A DNA stretch of 64,000 nucleotides from Marinicella sp. (GTDB lineage: Bacteria > Pseudomonadota > Gammaproteobacteria > Xanthomonadales > Marinicellaceae). Made by a program: the position numbers and the translations under genes. This document shows positions 8,848-18,477 of the stretch, in pieces (positions within the stretch are counted from its first letter, which is position 1; each line of letters starts with the position of its first letter). The notes beneath the pieces are model-generated. The model was not told the origin of the DNA, ran no database searches, and was given only the letters and a program-made list of their open reading frames with translations. The stretch lies in assembly GCA_965230295.1 (NCBI GenBank), contig OZ246001.1, forward strand, positions 3,872,001 to 3,936,000. The letters are read 5' to 3'.

Positions 8848-9702
8848 ATAAATGTCATAGATGAGATTTTTAAGTCAATTGCCTTCGATGCCAACATATA
8901 CCTGCATTCTGAATTTTGTTCACCTTGGGGTGTATCATCCAGCAATCCCGGCCTGAGCAGCTTTCATGTCATTGCCTATGGCAATTGCCAACTGGTCATT
9001 GAAGGCAAGGAAGCCATTCATTTAAGCGCAGGGGATTTGATATTTTTTGCCAGAAATACCCCCCATCAATTAACCAATCCAGATCAACACAATCAGATAT
9101 CCACCACCCTCATCTGCGGTCAGCTGGCATTCAGTAACAATAAAAACCCCATTCTGATGGCCCTGCCCCGCATGCTGCATATCAAAGCCAATGAAATGGA
9201 TCAGGGGCTTAAAACCCTGTTTCAACAAATTGTTGCTGAAGCAGAAAGCAGTCAAGATGGCAGGCAATTGGTGTTAGATAAACTGGCAGAAATTCTGTTT
9301 ATTTACATAGTTCGGTTTTATGTTTGCTCAGATAAACTGAAATACTCCCAAAAAACCGGATTACTCAAAGGATTAACCAACCCCCATATTTCAAAAGCCT
9401 TGATTGCTTTTCACCAAAACATGGATCAACCGTGGAGCCTTGAAACGTTGGCACAACAGGCATTGATTTCCCGTTCAAAATTCGCAGCCGCATTCAATGA
9501 GTTATTGGGAGTTACACCGCTCAAATACATGACTTATTGGCGGATGCAGCAAGCCAGGCAGTTACTGAAAACCACCAAACAATCTATTTATACCATCGCT
9601 TTGGCTTGCGGATATCAGTCTGAAGCTGCCTTCATTAAGGTCTTTAAAAAGCAATTCAATGCCACACCTGGCCAGATGCGAAAGTCTTGGCAAATGATTT
9701 AA
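8848..9702 (+). CDS. AraC-family regulator with N-terminal cupin_6 domain (RclR-like); start codon non-canonical or mutated
   Basis: Frame open from 8836: (I)NVIDEIFKSIAFDANIY...SPWG...FHVIAYGNC...GDLIFF; C-terminal double HTH WSLETLAQQALISRSKF...CGYQSEAAFIKVFKK; no in-frame ATG/GTG/TTG before 9037. Confidence 0.8.
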   Translation: MNVIDEIFKSIAFDANIYLHSEFCSPWGVSSSNPGLSSFHVIAYGNCQLVIEGKEAIHLSAGDLIFFARNTPHQLTNPDQHNQISTTLICGQLAFSNNKNPILMALPRMLHIKANEMDQGLKTLFQQIVAEAESSQDGRQLVLDKLAEILFIYIVRFYVCSDKLKYSQKTGLLKGLTNPHISKALIAFHQNMDQPWSLETLAQQALISRSKFAAAFNELLGVTPLKYMTYWRMQQARQLLKTTKQSIYTIALACGYQSEAAFIKVFKKQFNATPGQMRKSWQMI

Positions 9703-9709
9703 TATGTGT

Positions 9710-9723
9710 TTGACTGAAATCAA
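9710..9723. promoter_or_regulatory. FNR-family binding site upstream of usp
   Basis: TTGACtgaaATCAA; -10 TAAAAT at 9746-9751, consistent with class II (-41.5) geometry. Confidence 0.75.
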
Positions 9724-9790
9724 TCTTTATCCCCATTTGCCCGGTTAAAATATAAGTATTACATTAATATTTTTTGGAGACTTGTTAATC

Positions 9791-10660
9791 ATGAAAATGA
9801 TCTTTATTCCTGTCAGCGACCGGCCAGAATGCGCAGCAGCATTACATCATGGATTCACTTTGGCACAGCAATTAGACGCCAGCATTGAAGGTTGCCATTT
9901 CAGGCCTCACACTGACTCAACAGTGAGCTTACCTGATGATGACGAAGATTCATTATTAATCCCTGACAGTTATGACATGGCCTGGGATGCAGCTTTAAAG
10001 GAAAATGAAGCCAACGATGGCCCAGTCAAAGCCAAGAACCTGTTTGCCAAGATGGCTGAACAGTATCAGTACCACTTAACCAAAAAAACCCAGGACCACG
10101 CAGCGGCCTTGTGGTCTGAAAAGGTTGGGTCTCCAGATCGTTTGTTTGCCATTGCTGGCCCCGTCACTGATTTGATCGTGGTTTCCAGGCCGGCAAAACC
10201 GGGTAAATCAATGGCCAAAACAATCATGATGAATGCCGTGCTCAACGCATCATCACCGGTTTTGGTATTACCACAGAATGATGTGTCAGCAGTCGGCAAG
10301 CGAATCTGTATAGCTTGGGACCAAAGTGCAGAAGCTGCTTTGGCTGTGAAAGCCGCACTGCCCTTATTACAGCAAGCCGAACATGTCTCCGTGGTGACCA
10401 GTGGTTATCCAGATAAACTGGGGCCAAAACCGAGTCACCTGGCTAAATATTTAAGTGCCTGGGGCATAGATGTCGAGTGCCAAGTGGTTAAGAAAGGAAG
10501 TGATGTTGATGCCATTACCTATGGTTTTGAACAAGCCCATGCTGATCTATTGGTTATGGGGGGTTACAGCCACAGTCGTTTGCGACAACGAATTTTCGGT
10601 GGAGTCACAGAATACATGTTGACACAAGCTGACATGCCGGTATTGTTATTGAATACCTGA
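9791..10660 (+). CDS. Universal stress protein (tandem USP domains)
   Basis: RICIAWDQSAEAALAV, DLLVMGGYSHSRLRQRIFGGVT, MPVLL. Confidence 0.9.
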   Translation: MKMIFIPVSDRPECAAALHHGFTLAQQLDASIEGCHFRPHTDSTVSLPDDDEDSLLIPDSYDMAWDAALKENEANDGPVKAKNLFAKMAEQYQYHLTKKTQDHAAALWSEKVGSPDRLFAIAGPVTDLIVVSRPAKPGKSMAKTIMMNAVLNASSPVLVLPQNDVSAVGKRICIAWDQSAEAALAVKAALPLLQQAEHVSVVTSGYPDKLGPKPSHLAKYLSAWGIDVECQVVKKGSDVDAITYGFEQAHADLLVMGGYSHSRLRQRIFGGVTEYMLTQADMPVLLLNT

Positions 10661-10677
10661 ACAGCAAATTGGGAAAA

Positions 10678-12597
10678 TCAGTACTGGTCTTTGTTGCCCA
10701 AATCTTCAACCAAGGTCGTGTCGTCCCAGCCTGAATCATTATTCATGCTGTATTGTTTGATGTGTTGATCATTGGCCAGTACATTTGCCAAGTTATCCAA
10801 CTGCTGTTGGACTTTCAGGACATGACCTTTCTCATCTTCGCCAAAGAATGAAGCTGCCAACTGCTTGACCAAAGCCTCGTCTTCTTGCTGGTACATCAGT
10901 TTGGCCCGTTTGGCCTGATAGGCACGCAAACCTAAATGTTTCAAGACATCTTCTCCCATAGTGGCAGATGACTCAAAGGTTTCACGATAGATATGATCAA
11001 CACCCAAATGAGACAACTCATAGGCTGTGGTTCGATCCCTGGCCCTGACAAAGAGCTCAAGATTAGGGTGGTGCTTAAGTAAGTATGCAGCCAAGTCAAC
11101 CACCTTTTGTGGGTCATCCATGGCTATCACCATGGTGGTCGCGTTATCTATTCCGGCAGCATGTAACAAGTCCATGCGAGTCGCATCACCATAGAACACC
11201 TTCCAGCCATATTTCCTTAAGGTATCGATCATGTTAGGGTCATTGTCTAAGGCTGTCACCTTGAATTCATTGTATTGCAATAAACGACCCACTATTTGAC
11301 CAAAGCGCCCTACCCCAGCAATGATGACTTTGTTTTCTTCATCAATGTCATCGGCAGCTCGTTCTTCATGTTCCGGCTCCAGCAATCGATTCAACAGAAC
11401 CCGCTCATAAAACAGGAACAACAACGGGGTGATGGCCATCGATAAGGCAACCACAATGCGTAAAGTATCAGCAATCGGGGCAGCAATGACACTTTGACCA
11501 ACCGCCAGAGTCAATAACACAAAAGCGAATTCACCACCTTGTGCCAAGGCCAAAAAGAACAAAGCATGTTCTATTTTTTGCAGCTTCAATACCTTACCAA
11601 CCACATACAGCACCAAAGCTTTCAATGCAATCAAACCCACAGTTAGCCCAATGATCATGCCAAATTGCTCAGCAAATAAGGCAAAGTTAAAAGCCGCACC
11701 TACCGTCATAAAGAACACACCTAACAACAAGCCTTTGAACGGCTCAATGTCGGCTTCTAATTCATGGCGGTATTCACTCTCGCTCAGGATCACACCTGCA
11801 ATGAACACACCCAAAGCAGGTGATAAACCGATCAAGGACATGAATGCCGCTATGGTGGTTACCAAACCCAATGCTGCAGTGGTGAACACTTCACTTTGTC
11901 TGGCACGCGCGATGTAATCAAACAAGGGGTTGATTAAAAATCGCGACAGGATATACACCAACACAATGGCACCTATTACCACAAATGGTTTCAACCAAGT
12001 GGGTAAATGACTGGTGATATCGATGCCATGACCCGCATGTTCAACCGATTCTGGTGACCCCACTGCCAACAAAGGGATCACGGCTATGATTGGAATCACT
12101 GCAATGTCCTGGAACAGCAAAGCTGAAAACGAGGCTTTGCCACCAACTGTGTTTTGCCAGCCTTTTTCATTCAAGGTTGACATGATGATGGCTGTTGATG
12201 ACAGGGCCAAGGTCAAGCCTATGGCCAATCCGACTTGCCAAGTGAGATCGAAACCATACATGGCGGCCAACATGATCAGCAAGGCCGTCAGGCTGACTTG
12301 TAGGCCTCCGGCACTCAGAATGGTGGTTTTCATGCGCCACAAATGACTGGGCTGGATTTCCAAACCAATCACGAATAACATCAACACCACACCGAATTCT
12401 GAGGCATGGTTCAATTGTTCAAGCAGGTGGGCAGAGTCCATGCCCAACAATGGCGCCACCACGGTTAAGATGGCTCCCACAATACCCCCAGCAATGAGAT
12501 AACCCAAAACTGAACCCAGGTTCAAACGGTTGGCCAATGGCACCAACAACACGGCCAAACCGAGGAACAAAGAGGCAATGATAAATGCTTCAGTCAC
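10678..12597 (-). CDS. kefB: Glutathione-gated K+ efflux antiporter (CPA2, KefB/KefC) with KTN domain
   Basis: SEFGVVLMLFVIGLE, LLFQDIA, YRHELEADIEPFKGLLLG, GVGRFGQ, YGDATR. Confidence 0.9.
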   Translation of the reverse strand: MTEAFIIASLFLGLAVLLVPLANRLNLGSVLGYLIAGGIVGAILTVVAPLLGMDSAHLLEQLNHASEFGVVLMLFVIGLEIQPSHLWRMKTTILSAGGLQVSLTALLIMLAAMYGFDLTWQVGLAIGLTLALSSTAIIMSTLNEKGWQNTVGGKASFSALLFQDIAVIPIIAVIPLLAVGSPESVEHAGHGIDITSHLPTWLKPFVVIGAIVLVYILSRFLINPLFDYIARARQSEVFTTAALGLVTTIAAFMSLIGLSPALGVFIAGVILSESEYRHELEADIEPFKGLLLGVFFMTVGAAFNFALFAEQFGMIIGLTVGLIALKALVLYVVGKVLKLQKIEHALFFLALAQGGEFAFVLLTLAVGQSVIAAPIADTLRIVVALSMAITPLLFLFYERVLLNRLLEPEHEERAADDIDEENKVIIAGVGRFGQIVGRLLQYNEFKVTALDNDPNMIDTLRKYGWKVFYGDATRMDLLHAAGIDNATTMVIAMDDPQKVVDLAAYLLKHHPNLELFVRARDRTTAYELSHLGVDHIYRETFESSATMGEDVLKHLGLRAYQAKRAKLMYQQEDEALVKQLAASFFGEDEKGHVLKVQQQLDNLANVLANDQHIKQYSMNNDSGWDDTTLVEDLGNKDQY

Positions 12598-13208
12598 TTG
12601 ACGGCTCCTGGCAAATGTTCATTCAAAGTTTGGTATTGTTCACAGTACTTGGCATCAATGCGTTCATTGATCAGATCATCCATTAATTGTAGATACACTT
12701 CAGTTTGCTCTGATAAGTAGGTGGCTGATAAGTGTTCATCGTAATTGTGGGCTTTGACCTTCAAACCACCATAGATCACAAAGGGCGGTAAAAATGACAT
12801 GTTGCACAACTTGGCTGTAAATTCAAATGGCTTCAATAAACCCCTGATGTTCCTGTCACCTTTGTAATTACATAAATCGCCACCAGAAGTGATGATTGAA
12901 ATGAATTGTTTCCCGGTCAAGGCGGTGGCATCGGTACCATAAGCAAAACCATGGGCCAACACCAAATCCATCCATTCCTTTAAGATGGCTGGTGAAGAAT
13001 ACCAATACAGAGGGTGTTGAAAAATGACCACATCATGGGCTTCGAGCAGAGCCTGTTCTTTGGCCACATCAATCATAAAGTTTGGATAGCATTCATACAA
13101 ATCATGTACTGTGACATGATCCGAGTCAGGCAAACTCTCAATCAAAGTTTTGTTCAACAAAGAAGTTTGATAAACAGGGTGGGCAAACAGAACCAGGACT
13201 TTTTTCAT
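12594..13208 (-). CDS. kefG: Kef ancillary NAD(P)H quinone oxidoreductase (KefG/KefF)
   Basis: FAHP, VTVHDLY, FQHPLYWYSSPAILKEW; overlaps the kefB start. Confidence 0.85.
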   Translation of the reverse strand: MKKVLVLFAHPVYQTSLLNKTLIESLPDSDHVTVHDLYECYPNFMIDVAKEQALLEAHDVVIFQHPLYWYSSPAILKEWMDLVLAHGFAYGTDATALTGKQFISIITSGGDLCNYKGDRNIRGLLKPFEFTAKLCNMSFLPPFVIYGGLKVKAHNYDEHLSATYLSEQTEVYLQLMDDLINERIDAKYCEQYQTLNEHLPGAVK

Positions 13209-13250
13209 GCCTGGCTCTGTGATTTGATTTCAATGTAATTGATTAAATAA

Positions 13251-14420
13251 TCAATCAGTTTCATTGTTGATGTCTTTGTATTTGGCCTGTGCCGATAACA
13301 AGGCTTCGCGCAATTGCTCTTCGGTTTTTTGCAATTCAATCACAGCACCTTCGCGTTTGGCTTTGCCTTCCTCTGCAATGCGCAAGCTGTCATCAATGGT
13401 TTCAATCAATTTGGCATTGGCCATCTTCACCACTTCTATATCAAACACACCTCGCTCCATTTGTTCACGAACTTTGCGGTTGGCCATTTGTAGGTTTTCA
13501 GCATTGGCTGCCAACATTTCATTGGTTAAGTCAGTGGCATCCTTGATGGTATCAGCCGCTTGCTCTGAACGCCAAATGGTCACAGTCTGAGCCAGCTGCT
13601 GACGCCACAAGGGCACCGTATTGGCTATGGTTGAATTGATCTTGTTGATCAAGCCTTTGTCATTTTCCTGTACCAATCTGATACTGGGTAAACTTTGTAG
13701 GGTAACTTGACGGGTCAAACGCAAATCATGCACCCGCCTTTCCAAGTCTGCGGTTGAAGATCTGACATCACGCAATTTCTGTGCCAATAACATGTCATCA
13801 CTGCCTTCAGCCTCTTTTTCCATGGCTGGTATGACTTCTGCATGCAATTGTTTTATTTTTTCCTCTCCGGCTTTGATGTAGTCTTCTAATGTATGAAAGT
13901 ACTCCAAATTCGCAACATACAAGCGGTCCAAACTGGTGATGTCTTTTAACAATGTGGTTTTGTGCGATTCTAACTTGTTGGTGATTTTGTCAATTTGTTT
14001 ACGCACTTCTTCATAACGCTGTAGGAATTTAACCAAAGGTTTCGCTCGACCAAATAAACGGGCAAAGAAGCCAGGTTTTTTGTTGGGGTCCAACTCATCC
14101 ACATCGAAACCACGAATGGTGGCCACCATCTCATTCAAGGCTTCTCCTGAACGGCCCAGGTCTTTGTTCTTAACACCTTCGAGCATCTTATCGGATATTT
14201 CCGTGACTTTCTCTTGGGCCTTGCTGCCAAAAAATATCACGGAGTTGGCATCGGCCATATTGATTTCTTCCATCAAAGCATCAATGCGCTGTCGTTCCTC
14301 ATCATCAACATCTTTATACTCGACCATTTCGTTCATCACGCCTGGTACGATTTCACCTTCAATGGTGCCTGTGATGGCATCTGTTTTCGTGGCTGTTTTA
14401 CTTTTATCTTCTTCGCTCAT
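13251..14420 (-). CDS. telA: Toxic anion resistance protein (TelA family)
   Basis: FGSKAQ, LERRVHDLRLTRQV, PSIRLVQEND, TVPLWRQQLA; coiled-coil. Confidence 0.9.
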   Translation of the reverse strand: MSEEDKSKTATKTDAITGTIEGEIVPGVMNEMVEYKDVDDEERQRIDALMEEINMADANSVIFFGSKAQEKVTEISDKMLEGVKNKDLGRSGEALNEMVATIRGFDVDELDPNKKPGFFARLFGRAKPLVKFLQRYEEVRKQIDKITNKLESHKTTLLKDITSLDRLYVANLEYFHTLEDYIKAGEEKIKQLHAEVIPAMEKEAEGSDDMLLAQKLRDVRSSTADLERRVHDLRLTRQVTLQSLPSIRLVQENDKGLINKINSTIANTVPLWRQQLAQTVTIWRSEQAADTIKDATDLTNEMLAANAENLQMANRKVREQMERGVFDIEVVKMANAKLIETIDDSLRIAEEGKAKREGAVIELQKTEEQLREALLSAQAKYKDINNETD

Positions 14421-14431
14421 AATTTTCTCTG

Positions 14432-15268
14432 TTAATTAATGCCTTGTTTTTCTAATAGCGTGTTCAACACTTCGATGTCCACATCCAAGTCGAATACTTT
14501 GTTTTCCAAGAGTTTCTGGTTCTGTTCAACGAATACTTGGTCAATGTTTTGTAAAACCTGTTTAAAATTTTGTTCCAATGTTACATCATCAACCAGCTTA
14601 TGGGTTTCAGCATAACGTTTAATGACGTCCTCGGTGGCGCCTAAATAGGAATGCAGAAATCGTCTGGCTTGAGGAATTTTCTCCGGGTGATTAAGTAATG
14701 TGTCAATCACTTCCCGGCTGGTTTTGACTATGCGACTGAGGTACCCTGACAATTCACGATTGGCTATGTGCTTATTCGATTGTTCGATATTGACTATTGA
14801 CTGCTCACTTAAAGCCAAAATCTGCTTTGAATCTTGATCTTGAACTTGTCCAAATGTGGGTGAACTGACCTCATCCATCCCATACCACAGCACTGATCCT
14901 ATGGCGGCACCTAAACCATAGGCCACAGATTCCAGCATGCCCATACCCGCCACAAACCAAGAACCAATGAATGAACAGGCACCCAAGGTCAGTGAAGACA
15001 GCATCATCAGTGGAAAAGGTTTTTGAATCACAAATTTTCGTTGTCTGAAATGAAATTTATTACGCAGTCCTTTACTCATCCAGGTGGCTGCCAACAGGGT
15101 GCCAAAAAACACCCCGCCACTGGTTAAAAACCTAAATAAATTACCCTGGGCCAATTGTGAAAAGGTTGAAGCCAGAAAGAACAGTGAATAGAAATACAAC
15201 AACCAGGCCGTTGATTGAAATTTTACGACGGATAATTGGGCTTTTTCGCGGTATTTAACTGGCATCAA
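14432..15268 (-). CDS. XpaC-family (5-bromo-4-chloroindolyl phosphate hydrolysis) membrane protein
   Basis: N-terminal TM helices, ARRFLHSYL and DLDVDIEVL motifs; directly upstream of telA. Confidence 0.8.
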   Translation of the reverse strand: MMPVKYREKAQLSVVKFQSTAWLLYFYSLFFLASTFSQLAQGNLFRFLTSGGVFFGTLLAATWMSKGLRNKFHFRQRKFVIQKPFPLMMLSSLTLGACSFIGSWFVAGMGMLESVAYGLGAAIGSVLWYGMDEVSSPTFGQVQDQDSKQILALSEQSIVNIEQSNKHIANRELSGYLSRIVKTSREVIDTLLNHPEKIPQARRFLHSYLGATEDVIKRYAETHKLVDDVTLEQNFKQVLQNIDQVFVEQNQKLLENKVFDLDVDIEVLNTLLEKQGIN

Positions 15269-15351
15269 AACATCCTGATGGCAACGTACACCATTGACAA
15301 TGTCAACATTCCAAAACCGGCGAGTTTTCTGATAAATTCAAGCATGATCTA

Positions 15352-16257
15352 CTATTTGATGATTTTATATTGTAATAACTGGTCCATGTTAGAAAAGTCC
15401 GGCTCACCAAAAGTGATCAGGCCTTCTCCCTGTAGCAGCATGGAATCACGGTGTATACGAATCGGATCACCATTGTTTTGTTTGATCCAGGTTCCGTTGG
15501 TACTTTCGTCGCTGTATTTAAAATTACCGCCACCAAACTGAATGTCACCATGTAAACGTGAGGCCATCAACATACTGACTTGAATATCACAATCATCACC
15601 GCGTCCAATGGATTTGGTGGGTGATTGATCAGTCATGACTTGAGTTTTACCGTTCAGCTCAAGCTGTAGTTTTGATTTTGAGGTCGGTACTTTGATGTCT
15701 AGTGCCGATGTAACTCGTGTGACTTGACTGGTGTCTTGTTGCCAAAGCACTTCGATGATTTCAACCGGTAACAACTTACCCTTTACTTTGGTTTTACCCA
15801 AAGATCGGTGGCTAAGAAATGGCGGCAATAAACAAGTCTTAAAAGTGATTGAGTTGGTGATGATTTGTCCTTTTTTGGCATAACCGGTCATTCGGGCAGC
15901 CACATTGACGGCATCACCAAACACATCGCCATCTTCTTCTATCACATCACCAAAGTGAAACCCGACTCTGATGGATATGGGGTGGTTACCTAAGACAAAA
16001 TTACCACTGACTGTATTTTGCATGTCTACAGATGCCAGTAAAGCATGATTGGCTTTCGGGAAAACACACATGACTTCATCCCCAATGGTTTTAACCAATT
16101 CTCCTTGGTGCTTTTCAGCATCAGCCAACAGGACTTCCAGCACTGAGGCTATGGCATTTCTGGCTGCTTCATCCCCATGCTTTTCAAACAATGAAGTGCT
16201 GTCAGCTATATCAGCAAATAATATACAAAGTTCAGTCAATGATTTCCTCTGAAACAA
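15352..16257 (-). CDS. Class III adenylate cyclase with C-terminal FHA domain
   Basis: ILFADIADST, VKTIGDEVM, DVFGDAVNVAAR; FHA IGR...SRLHG...STNGT; probable true start TTG 16239 (SD GAGG). Confidence 0.88.
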   Translation of the reverse strand: MFQRKSLTELCILFADIADSTSLFEKHGDEAARNAIASVLEVLLADAEKHQGELVKTIGDEVMCVFPKANHALLASVDMQNTVSGNFVLGNHPISIRVGFHFGDVIEEDGDVFGDAVNVAARMTGYAKKGQIITNSITFKTCLLPPFLSHRSLGKTKVKGKLLPVEIIEVLWQQDTSQVTRVTSALDIKVPTSKSKLQLELNGKTQVMTDQSPTKSIGRGDDCDIQVSMLMASRLHGDIQFGGGNFKYSDESTNGTWIKQNNGDPIRIHRDSMLLQGEGLITFGEPDFSNMDQLLQYKIIK

Positions 16258-18475
16258 TCAGTTCTTTTAAAATAATATCCTTACTTGGCAACACCAAATT
16301 GGCGGCATCTGCCAATGGGGTAAAAGTATCAGCGCCAGTGATTAATTTTAGATAGCGGCACTTGATACGCTGTTCTGCCAAAATTGAGATGATGCCTTCT
16401 CCTACACAAGCAGATCGACGACCTTCATCTACAATGATTATTCTATCAAATTTTTCACATTGTTTCTTGATTGCTTTTTCATTCAAAGGTTGTAACCAAC
16501 GTAAATCCATCAGTTTGACCCGACTGTTGTATTTTTGTTCAAACTGTTTGATGGCTTGTAAACCCATCAATACGCCATTCCCATATGTGATAATGAGTAT
16601 ATCTTCGGCATTATTTTGATAGATTCTGGGAGCTCCCAGGACTGTAAATTCGCCCGGTGCGGGGTAGCTAAAATTCCATAAGCCATCACCTTCTCTGAAT
16701 AAGTCTTTTTGCATGTACAAGGCGATGGGCTCTATAAACAGTGAAACACGGCGGTTTACTTTTGACAAAGCCACCAAGGTACGCATCATATTGACGGCAT
16801 CATCGGCACGTGATGGACAAGCGACTACCACACCTGGGATGTCTCGCAAAGCGGCGATTGAATTGTCATTGTGAAAATGGCCACCAAAGCCTTTTTGGTA
16901 ACCCAATCCAGCTATCCTAACCACCATCGGGTTGTTGAATTGCCCATTTGAAAAAAATTGTAAACTTGCGGCTTCACCCCTGATTTGGTCACAAGCATTA
17001 TGAAAATAAGCCAAATATTGAATTTCCGGGATTGGCAATAAACCCAATGTCGCATAGCCTTGGGCCAAACCTAAAATGGTTTGTTCATCCAGTAAAGTGT
17101 TGAAAATCCGCTTAGGCCCAAACTTCTTCAACAATTGTTTGGTGATGGTATAGACGCCACCTTTTTGAGCGACATCCTCACCAAACAACACAGATTCAGG
17201 GTATTTCAACATCAAATCCTGTAACCCTTTATTGATCTGTACAGCCATGTGTTTAGGTGTTTGGTTTTCTGGCAGAGCCTTTTCACTGCCCATGGCTTCA
17301 ATCCGTTGTTTTTGATCAACCACCCTCGCCGCTTCTTCATGCACGGCTTGGCTGTCAAATGGTGCCAAAGGCGCCATGACTTGTTTTAAAGTTGTGAGTT
17401 TGGTGTCTTCATGGGCTTGGTTGGCTTTCTGCATACATTCAGCGAAAATGTTGTTATACATTTCGATGATCTCAGTGGGTTTCATTAGACCATGATTGAT
17501 GACAGAAGCCGCCGAGTTCAGTAACGGGTCTTGTGCCTCACAAGCTTCAAGTTCTGACAATTTACGGTAATCAACTTCGAAGTCTGTACCGGCGTGCCCC
17601 ATTAAGCGAGTGGTTTTGAGGTGTAAAAATACCGGCTTTCGTTCCTGTCGACAGTAGTCAACTGCCCTTCTCACCTGTTGATAGCCTGTTTCCAGATCTA
17701 AGCCATCAGCGTAAAAATACTGAATCCCCGGGCGGTACTTGAAGTTCTCACTGATCCAGTTCTCCGGGGTTTTGACAGAAATGCCAATCCCATTGTCTTC
17801 ACAGACAAATAAGATGGGGGTGTTCAAACCCTGAAAGGCTGACCAACTGGCCGCATTGAAAGCACCTTGAGCGGTGGAATGGTTGGTACTGGCATCACCG
17901 AAGTTGCACAATACTATAGAATCATCCGGTATCGGCATTTCAACAGCAGAACGCTGTGCCAATTCAATCCCCAGGGAACAACCCAACGCTTTTGGCAAGT
18001 GACTGGCGATGGTGCTGGTTTGTGGTATCACCCACAACGGCTTAGAACCCCAAACCTTGTGCCTGCCGCCTGATGCAGGGTCGTTTTGACTGGCTGCAAA
18101 TGACAAACAAGTATCCCATATGGGATCTATACCTGGCACTTGTCGTGATCGCTCCATCATCAAACCACCACTTCGGTAATGTAAGAATGCAGGATCGGTG
18201 TGACGCACCAAATCACCCAGCATCACATTCCCTTCGTGACCTGAAGAACCAATGGTGTAAAACACTTTATTTTCCAGCTTTAACTTTCTGGCCATCAAGT
18301 CCAACTGCCTGGATCTGACTTGTGACTCAAACAATGTGAGTAATTTTTCAGCGGTTAAGCCATTGGCTGACAAGGGTTGTTTAGGTTCTGCGGCTTGATA
18401 AGAAGCAACAAACTCGACGAAGTTCTCATCAACCACAGCAGCGCGGTTGATGACTTTACTTTGCTTGGTGCTCAT
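16232..18475 (-). CDS. Fused E1 alpha/beta ThDP-dependent 2-oxoacid dehydrogenase
   Basis: GDAS...EDNG ThDP-binding motif; beta part FGEDVA, FNTLLDEQ, EIQY, GGHFHN. Confidence 0.9.
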   Translation of the reverse strand: MSTKQSKVINRAAVVDENFVEFVASYQAAEPKQPLSANGLTAEKLLTLFESQVRSRQLDLMARKLKLENKVFYTIGSSGHEGNVMLGDLVRHTDPAFLHYRSGGLMMERSRQVPGIDPIWDTCLSFAASQNDPASGGRHKVWGSKPLWVIPQTSTIASHLPKALGCSLGIELAQRSAVEMPIPDDSIVLCNFGDASTNHSTAQGAFNAASWSAFQGLNTPILFVCEDNGIGISVKTPENWISENFKYRPGIQYFYADGLDLETGYQQVRRAVDYCRQERKPVFLHLKTTRLMGHAGTDFEVDYRKLSELEACEAQDPLLNSAASVINHGLMKPTEIIEMYNNIFAECMQKANQAHEDTKLTTLKQVMAPLAPFDSQAVHEEAARVVDQKQRIEAMGSEKALPENQTPKHMAVQINKGLQDLMLKYPESVLFGEDVAQKGGVYTITKQLLKKFGPKRIFNTLLDEQTILGLAQGYATLGLLPIPEIQYLAYFHNACDQIRGEAASLQFFSNGQFNNPMVVRIAGLGYQKGFGGHFHNDNSIAALRDIPGVVVACPSRADDAVNMMRTLVALSKVNRRVSLFIEPIALYMQKDLFREGDGLWNFSYPAPGEFTVLGAPRIYQNNAEDILIITYGNGVLMGLQAIKQFEQKYNSRVKLMDLRWLQPLNEKAIKKQCEKFDRIIIVDEGRRSACVGEGIISILAEQRIKCRYLKLITGADTFTPLADAANLVLPSKDIILKELIVSEEIID

Positions 18476-18477
18476 GT

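Noticed and set aside
8751-8945. N-terminal extension of the 191-aa ORF
   Set aside because: Runs through the promoter and antisense into the AraC cupin region; the signal peptide starts at 8750
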